A stretch of 59,365 bases of DNA, filler included, from Sphacelaria rigidula (Eukaryota), in assembly GCA_964200075.2 (NCBI GenBank). It is 9 parts of 9 records of this genome, joined end to end, with 100 filler letters (N's around TTAATTAATTAA, not from the genome) between each part and the next. Parts side by side here need not be neighbours in the genome. Positions count along the whole stretch, not along the records: positions 46,252 to 52,758 come from CAXNAA020019666.1; positions 52,859 to 59,365 come from CAXNAA020019667.1; 7 more parts are not named here. One strand, 5' to 3'. The notes under the pieces were generated by a model. The model searched no databases, was not told where the DNA came from, and worked only from the letters and a program-made list of their open reading frames with translations. Position 1 is the first letter of the stretch; every line of letters begins with the position of its first letter. Below, in pieces: positions 51,116 to 59,365 of this stretch. A program made the translations under genes and the position numbers.

Positions 51116-51580
51116 GTACATTACACGTTGTGTTTCTCAAATATATACCCATCACTTTGCGGGTATTGCCTGCTTACTGTGATGTGGGATTGAAAATGTC
51201 GATAGTCACTGCGGTTTCGGGCGTTTTTGCGGTTCAATAGTGCTGAACTCATGGTTGTGAACACTGGCGTGTGTCCGTCACAAATCTTTGTGTCCTCGGG
51301 TGATTGGGCGGCGCAAGAATATTTTGTCTAATGGTACGAGTGTCCTCGGGTGTGTGTTCGTCGACGGTGTACGATGTTTCCTATTCGTTGCTGTGTGTAG
51401 AGAACGTGAATGCGTGTCTCCGTGTGTGTTCTTCGACGGTGGAGGTTGTCTTTTACCCGTTCCTGCAGGTACGAATATGCATAAAAAAAACTATTTTTCA
51501 TATCCTGCTCCCGGGACATCTATCACCATACGAGCTGGGCCTGCCTAAAGGCGGATTTGTAGTTTGCACGCCCATTCCTT

Positions 51581-51820
51581 GGCCAATATTTTGAGTTGGA
51601 CCCTGAAATTTGTTATGGACAATGAACAGGGCACAATGAAAAAAAATACGATGTACCCTTTCATTTTTTCATGAGTTGAGGACATTTTAACTTCTACCTG
51701 AAAACTGATTATTGCCGTTAATTCATTAGTAGAAAAAGTCTTAGGATACATGCGTAGTTTTTTTCATGTGCCCTGTGCATTGTCCATACCAAATTTCAGG
51801 GGCCAACTCAAAATATTGGT
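51581..51820. mobile_element. 240-bp foldback/MITE-like element
   Basis: GGCCAATATTTTGAGTTGGACCCTGAAATTTG..ATGGACAATG..CAGGGCACA pairs with TGTGCCCTG..CATTGTCCAT..CAAATTTCAGGGGCCAACTCAAAATATTGGTC. Confidence 0.7.
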
Positions 51821-52758
51821 CGGCGAATCAGCGATTTAGTATCGGGGTCGGTGGAAATTCGGAAGAGTATTTTGCAGGCCACTTACCGGCCCACGTTTGG
51901 TGTTTGTGTATCGAAACTTCGTGTGGCACCTCGCTAGGGGATGATGAACCAAAGAAATGTGTCAGGGTGGTATCTAATATTTTCACTGGTTTAGTAGGGC
52001 GTTTTAGTGTGCAACGACCATCTTTTCAAGAGAACGTCCGACCCTCTCCCCTTGAAAAAAAGCGAAGGACCATTTTATTCATTCAGCATACCTCTGCGGC
52101 CCTTCACGCTAAGTTTCAAATCACAATTCTAAAAATTGAGATAAGGCCGGAGAGCAGTGTTCATTTTTCCTCAAAACCCGAAATAAATGAAAGAGCTGTA
52201 TTTTTAGCTTCATTATGCACTAGAGGCTCTTCATATGAAATTTCATAGCACAACTCTCGAAAACTGAGACAAGATATCCAGATTTATAGCATCATCTAGT
52301 GGCCCTGCCCGTAACATATCGATTTTAGTGTGGAGCATTATGTGCGCCATATCTCGAGATAGATGACGAATTAGGTGAACGTGAGGATATTTATCGTCTC
52401 CCAGTGCTCCAGGGAATGTCCAGACTGAAAATAGTTACCATCCGCTGATTGCATCGATTGAGGTTTCATATGAAGTTTATTCGATGAGATATTGCTTTGA
52501 GAGCCTAAATCCGTTTCTAGGCTGGCCCAGCTCGTACGCACACAGCAGAAAATACTCCACTTCAAACTATGACTTGTGCCGTTATGCTATGCGAGCAACG
52601 ATGACCGGTTCTCATGTACCTTGGCTGTCGATCTCATTGAGCGTGGCGGTGGAAGCCGCCGAACCCCTTGTATACATATATATTTATTGGAACGGTTCGA
52701 TCTTGAGAGTGAACCTTTTAATCATTTGTGAGTCATCCTACGATAGGGGGGCGGGGGG

Positions 52759-52858
52759 NNNNNNNNNNNNNNNNNNNNNNNNNNNNNNNNNNNNNNNNNN
52801 NNTTAATTAATTAANNNNNNNNNNNNNNNNNNNNNNNNNNNNNNNNNNNNNNNNNNNN
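52759..52858. other. Artificial contig linker
   Basis: N44-TTAATTAATTAA-N44. Confidence 0.98.
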
Positions 52859-53380
52859 GATATGCCACTTCAGCCCCATATTTTGTTTGAACCCCAAAAT
52901 ATAAAATCGGCTGTTATGTGATGGAACATCCTGTTAATATTACCCCCAAGTAAGCGGTCTTGATTCATTCATTTCCCGTCTGCATTCCACAAATTCGCCG
53001 TAAAGGTAAAGAGTGGGTTGACGCCAGCTCTACAGCACGGCAATGACGCACGGGATATGTTTACGAGATTCATGCAGAAACATAATTTGGTTTGTTTGGC
53101 ATGCATGGTATTCGTGGTATCGGTAAATGAAAAACACCGATGAAATATAAATACGTGACGGCTCGAATTTATCGTGGACAACATTCCGCCAGCTACGTGT
53201 GGGGTGGGTAAGTGCGCATATCATAAGTCAGAGGCATCCAATTTTTGTAACCGGCGTGAAAGTGTGCATGGCACCATTGCACTGCAGTACACTGTGCCCG
53301 GTACTGTGTATGAACGGATTTTTTTCGATGGCAGTGGACTTTGACGGCCGTGAGTCTCTCACGCGACGCGTGTGTAACAG

Positions 53381-56300
53381 TTACGAAATCAGAGCGCGGC
53401 ATTGGAGCAGAAAATGAGAGAGGCCGACCACAAACTTCGCCTTCGGGAGAAGGAGCTGGCTGATCTGCAGGTAACGAAATTTCCGGGAGCTGCTAACGAC
53501 ATTTGGCCTGCTAACGACAATCGGGGGTATTTCTCAGATCTATTAGCGTAACATTTGCCTGCTCACGCGTTCCAAGACCCCCACCTCAGAGATATCAAAA
53601 TACTTGACGAGAACGGGCGCGGAATATCATTCTGCCCGCTGCTGATCCATGGCAAGAAGTGTGTATTCATCTCGTACCCACTTCCCGTTGATCCCACTTC
53701 CCGTTGATCAAGCTACTCGGACAAGGGTACTTCAAGGACGGGTGGCAATCGAGTTCCTTTGTCGCCATCAAGATTGCCTCGTGACATTCAGAGCGATGTG
53801 CCCAATCGATACATGCATATATATATACATACACTAAATTGCGGAATCGGTCCGGCATGAGCTCCTTGAACGAATGGGCGCACAGTACGCGGTCACCCCA
53901 GCCTCTCACCTCACCGGCGAGATGTTTTGTGTGAAATTTGCGAACGTTCACGTTGATATGAAACCAGGAGGCATACAAAGAGAAGAGTCGCAAGTGCCAG
54001 GCGTGGGAGAAGGCGTACGCACACCTACGATCACAGGTGCGGGTGTACACCCATAGAGCTTCCCTCTTCCACTTTCCAGTGCGTGTACGATATGCTTGCA
54101 AATAACTGCGAATTCGGAGAGTATACACGTACGAGTCGTCATATTAACAAGTCTTGTTGTCGATTGATTCGTGTAATTCTCTCAGGACTGAACATGTCTC
54201 CCCGTTCCGTTGTACAAGCCAACAAACCACGCCCCCCAGCATTACGGTTCCCTCAGGAATAAAACTTCGATTCTCCCTGAAAGTACGATACCCAAGGGCA
54301 AGAGTTGCTACTGCAAATGGGTTGCTATTCCGTGGCACCGGCTGTGAGCAGCCCACTTTTGTCTGACCCCTCCGTCTTATCTTAGACATCGACAACTGAT
54401 TCTTATTCGATCCCTTCGCACGACCAGATGGACAGAGGTGGGGGGCGAGGTGGCGGCTTCACTCCACCGGAGTCCCCCCGGACGGGTGCAGTGCGCGGAC
54501 CCTCCGGGTTCGCCGCTCCCGATGGTGGACACGGAGCTTCCGGAAGTAGCCACGGTGGTGAGGTGCTTATATTGGTGTATGCACAGCAACTGTTTCGGGT
54601 GTCGAGGGGGTTGAGTAACGGAAAAATTCGGCGGTTTGAAAACGCCATCGAGTGCGACTGAAATTTTACGTTTTCAAAACGTGCTGGGGGCAGCGGCGGC
54701 AATAGAACAAACATTGGATTCAAGGGACAACTAGCTCTTGGGCCCCGCTCCCTGTAACTCGCCGCCAAAGCTGTAGTGCTTGTGTTGGAGGTGCCTCCCT
54801 CACAAGCGCTTTGTAAAATCCTACTTGTATGATATGTCGCGATCGGGTGCTGCCGTTGGAAGAGCCATCGTGCAATTTAGCCCTCCTCGCCAACGTTGCA
54901 TTTGCGTGGTCTGCTGCAGCCACTTCATGGTATTTCAGCGTCGGCAAGCCATCTGTTGCGAGCAAGACAGGACGCCCAATGTATACTCAACTCGCAAGCG
55001 AGACGTGACTGATAGAGTCGTGGGTAGTACCGAAGACTATTGTCCTGGCCTACTTGTAGCGGTATTCTGTGAGAAGCCGACCGTAAAGTTCTTCGTTGTC
55101 GTGAGTGAGGCCGAGGGATCTGCAACTCTTTCCAATTACAGTGGAACACGCTCGAGATAGAGAAAGTGGGAAACCCCAATAGGAGAAGATCTACTTACTA
55201 TCATATCAACAACAGCATTACAAAAAATGGCACAGCCTACGAGAACTTACCGCGCACCGTATGAATGCCTCATCGAGTCGCTCATCTCGGTGCATCATGC
55301 ATATCCATTCGTTAGTCTCGCTGCAAGGGATGGGCTCTGAGTCCGGAGGGGGCGTCGGCTCCATGCAGCGCCGCGAGGTCAGCAACAACTCTCCCCGAAC
55401 AAACATGAGGTGAACGTCAAAGAATTTGCCTGACTGGAGGTCGAAGATGTCTTTTGTAGCGGGATTCCCGTCTTGACACACAACTCAATAACGCAGCAAA
55501 TGGGTGCATGAATTACGCATCTTCAATACGCTCTACCTTGTGCTTCGGTTGGCAGTTTGGCTGTGAAGCAATTGCAGAGCGTGACTGCCAAGCAGTCGCA
55601 CCGTATGTACACAACTACTGGGTATGCGACACGTCGGCAAAAAATTAGTCGAGAACTATTTGGTATCAACGATCTGTTTCACGGCAGGAACGTGTGAGAG
55701 CAACGACGATGTGAGTCTTACATTTCATGGGTGCTCGTTCTGGCAGGGGGAACACCTTTCTGGGGCGATCTGATCGCAGCGCCGGTGGTGGCAACGGTAG
55801 CAGTAACAGCGGCGGTGGGGGGTCCTGGGCGATGCCACGCTCAACCACGGCCCGCGGGACACCGCTTGAGCAAGTCAGCCCCATGCTGCGCCCGCGCCAG
55901 TCGGGATTCTCGCACTCTGTGACACCTTCCCCCACATTCCCGGGGCAAGAGGTTCGGGGCCTAATTAGTGAAGGAGGGTTCCAACGCTCAGAACCGTTGG
56001 CAGATATATTTATATTAGTGTGTGTGGTTATGAGGTGGAAGGATGCGATGGCAATACATGTGTGGTTTCCGGGGAGAAACAGTGCACGGTAAAATTATCG
56101 TGGCGTGTTTCGAATATCCACTCGAGTGCACCTGGCATTTTAGCGCGATACTGCTTTTCTTTCCCTCTATGCACCCGCCCCTTCGCTCTTGTTGTCCCCC
56201 CTCTGTATTCGTCTTTTGTGTTTCATGACCGCGCATTATTCATCCTCGTGTGCGTGGTTCTTTTTCTCCGTGTGACCAACTTCAAGAAACCAACGCGATT

Positions 56301-56454
56301 CACTGCCAAGCGCCCGGAGACCCCACTGGCCGTTCGTGGCTACTATCGGCAGAATACATCGCCGAGCAACAGGATTGGTGGTGGGAGCAGCGCGATCGGT
56401 GGGATAGGCGGTTCGTCTGCTCGTGGAGGGTTTTTCCCGCCTACGAAGTACTAG
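53381..56454 (+). CDS. Uncharacterised protein, 3' five exons (53381-53470, 54428-54557, 55328-55409, 55747-55951, 56287-56454): coiled coil followed by a Gly/Ser/Pro-rich disordered tail
   Basis: Five GT-AG exons join with consistent phases (0, 1, 2, 0) and no stops: LRNQSAALEQKMREADHKLRLREKELADLQ|MDRGGGRGGGFTPPESPR...SHG|GMGSESGGGVGSMQRREVSNNSPRTNM|RGNTF...EQVSPMLRPRQSGFSHSVTPSPTFPGQE|KPTRFTAKRPETPLAVRGYY...GGFFPPTKY*. Confidence 0.7.
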
Positions 56455-58677
56455 ATGCTTGCCCCCGCCTTTGGTAAGATCATTATCTTGCAGGAAGGGC
56501 GTGATCACTATGAATCGTGAGTGACCCGAACTGCTGCATAAATTGTGGGGCGTATGTTTTGGTGGTGGTGCGCGTGTCCATACAGTGTATTCATGGCCAC
56601 CTCCACAAAACACTCTACTGTACGATAAGGGTGTCCTCCCCCTGGCGAAGTTGGTGGTGCCCAACGAAGCGGTCGAGCTTCTCACACACGCGGAAAGGGT
56701 GTGCTCGTTCCAGTGTATAGTCGACAAGGTATGCGGGACACGACTGAGAGAGGGGTGGCAGGGCTATAGGTATGGGACACAGCGGGCGTTTTCGGGGGCG
56801 GTGCTGAGGACGTCGGTGTCTAGCGGTATCTCAAAGACATTCGATGAATGAGGGAGATGTATTTTGACGGAAGGACTTATGAGCGCATCCCCGACTTCGC
56901 TGCAGACGGCGCCATGTTTTGTTTCAAGAGTGGCGAGAGGAAGGAAGCAGCGATTGAGGGAAATTCGGTTCGATCACTGAGTGGGAGGTACATGCATCCT
57001 TACGTTGGCGCACTGCGTGGGATGATCTCCAAAACAATGAAAAAGTGGGAATTATGAACCCGTTTGCTATTTCACCGTTCCCTCCTGTCAGAACGATGAA
57101 ATGCGCGGTGCGATCTTACACTTGGATTGTGTCCCTATGTGTTTGTGCGTCTGTGCGTCTGTGCGTCTGTCCGTCCGTTTGTCTATATATATCTGTATGA
57201 GTCTGTCCGTCTGTTTTGTGTGGACACTTTCACCGTTATCGAATAGTTGGTGGATTTTGAGTATTCTGTCTCTCTATTCATGTTGACAGTTCCATATCTA
57301 TCGGAGAAGTAGTACATTTCGAGTACCCGATCCAGCTATTTGGAGCGCCGCCTTGCTTCAAAATGTACATTAATACTCTGCCTGGGACGAAGAGAACAAG
57401 ACATTTACCTGAGAGGTGGAGGCGGGAGCATATGCGTATACGGGTTAGCCTTTTCTTGTTTATCAATCACCTTCGAAAATGGTGGGGATGAAGGAGAAGA
57501 GACAGTGTAAGAGAGTGAAGATTTGCTTCATCACAGTAGAGTGAGCAGGTTGTATATTTGTCCCCGCGTTTGGCGGTCAACCACGGGGGACGGGCTGCAC
57601 CTGCTTCGTTCTCAAATAGTCATCGGAAGGGAGTTCACGAACCGCCTCGAACACACACAATATAAAAGTATTGTTGTGGTTGAAACGCGAAGTTATAGGG
57701 AAATGGTACCTCCGAAGTCAGAGGAACGGAACGTAGAATTGCGGGGGGGGTAGGGGGGGCATATCATTGTTGATTGATAGGCCTGAGCCAGCGACGAGTT
57801 AGTTGTCGCTGTTGTACATAACAGATGAAGCACTGTTCGTTTGAGCTTCAAAGTGCACTGGATCTACCCACACTGAATATTAGCTGTCTGAAATGTAGGT
57901 TAATGTACTCCACGTAGCAAGGTCCGTTTTTTTGCGAAAAACTGATGAGGAGGAGCGGTGCTAAATCTGTCTGTGTCTGTATATGCGCTGAGGGGGAAGC
58001 GGGTGACGATTGGCAAAAAATCGGTGTCCGTCAGGTGTGAACGATGTATACACAAGGGACGCCTTTGGTATACGTAGGTTATGCGAAGTATTACATGAAA
58101 TTACTGTGGCTATGACGCTTGCAAGTGGTGTGTGAAATTTCCCCATTTTCTATCATGGTATCGTGAACTCCGTGGGAGGAAATGGTGACGTACTACGATT
58201 GTTGTGTGTGTTTGTTTCAAGGCACTTGTTACACGAAGGGACCGACTTAAAGTGCCGCTGTAGGCGGAAAGTTTGTTCCGAATGCTTTTCTTGGTATGAA
58301 CGTAACGACAGACGTGTTCGAAGCCCTTAACAAATTTTGTTCGGTTCCACCTAGACGCACGTTGACTTTGTGAGGTCGTGTAACACACCCATCAACCCCT
58401 CTCTCGTGCTTGATTGAATACCTCCGTCGGTCCTGACATACGACCACTGGGGAGCAAAAACCCTGTGAAAATCTTCACCCCCCGAATAACGACCACAGAT
58501 AACCATTTGCGCGCGAATAGCCACTCGGTGAGGAATCGGTACAACTGGTTGCAATGCGTGCACGCTAAGTTAGAAACCTGAGCTAGTCTGATGCTACCGT
58601 AGGGGTTGGCAAATATTTTCGGAGGTTATAATTGGTAGGAGCCCTGTACCTCATCCTAAACACGACCCATGAAATAA

Positions 58678-58845
58678 TATGTGAGAGTACTCCAGGATTA
58701 CTATGTGAGAGTACGCCAGGATTACTATTCCAATTCCAATTCCACAAAGTGAATTTGGTTACTGCTGCGGGTAAAAATTTGACTAACCGGTTTTTTGCGA
58801 CTTGATTATTGCGACTTGATTTCTGCGACTTGATTCTTGCGACAT
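58678..58845. repeat. Short tandem repeats (24-bp unit x2; 14-bp unit x4)
   Basis: TATGTGAGAGTAC(T/G)CCAGGATTAC x2 at 58678-58725; TGCGACTTGATTNN x4 at ~58796-58845. Confidence 0.85.
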
Positions 58846-59365
58846 TTGTTTCGCTAGATTTTCCACTCTAAAACCCCTATCGGTTTTGTTCTTTTGGGGA
58901 TAACTTTATCAAACAGAAACTAAACGATTTTGCTCCAGGGGACACCTGGACACACAGCAATTGCTGCTGCCGACCTAGTATCATACTTCAAATCGAAGTC
59001 TTGAGTGAGAACCCCCAGCGTTTGGTGTCCATGTCTAAGGATTATGTACATCTAGTATCGTGCTCCAAAACGTACCCGACAAGGTGGCAACATCCCCGTG
59101 CAGACAGTAACAATGCTAGCGGATCCTACGTTCTGACAGTCTGGCAGCTGGCAAGGTGGTTATGGTAGTGTCCTTCTAGCGATATCAACTTACAGTGCAC
59201 TGGAGCAGAGCTTGCAGGTGAATACTTCGGCGATGGCCTCACCCGCAGTTCGCCCAGGTGTTGTAGATCTTTCTCACGATATCAATGAGTAACATTACAT
59301 GTCACGGGCACCGTAGATAAGGTACCGTACCGAGCGTACCCCCGGTATTTACCGGGTATCCTATA

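Overview
Eukaryotic, intron-rich, repeat-rich DNA. The short GT-AG exons, long introns and repeat landscape are most compatible with a brown alga or other stramenopile (inference, not shown). The window is not one locus. It is nine unrelated contigs of 6507-6508 bp (1-6508, 6609-13116, 13217-19723, 19824-26330, 26431-32937, 33038-39544, 39645-46151, 46252-52758, 52859-59365) joined by identical 100-bp N44-TTAATTAATTAA-N44 linkers, so nothing can be inferred from adjacency across linkers. Most ORFs in the supplied track are spurious. Four partial spliced genes can be assembled by hand: the 5' part of a classical SDR oxidoreductase (+), the 3' end of a protein with an EMAP-II/Arc1p-type tRNA-binding domain (+), the 3' part of an RNA polymerase III subunit RPC5/POLR3E-like gene with a very long low-complexity tail (-), and the 3' part of a coiled-coil protein with a Gly/Ser/Pro-rich tail (+). 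The rest is mostly non-autonomous mobile DNA: piggyBac-like, PIF/Harbinger-like and 8-bp-TSD TIR elements, long foldbacks, a tRNA-derived SINE, a decayed LINE RT fragment, and a short dispersed retroposon-like unit that ends in C-tracts, one copy with a 13-bp TSD. I found no CRISPR array, operon or clearly new multi-gene system. The best novelty candidates are the C-tailed retroposon and its possible LINE link, the RPC5 tail, the TIR element with a matching empty site, and the foldback arrays.
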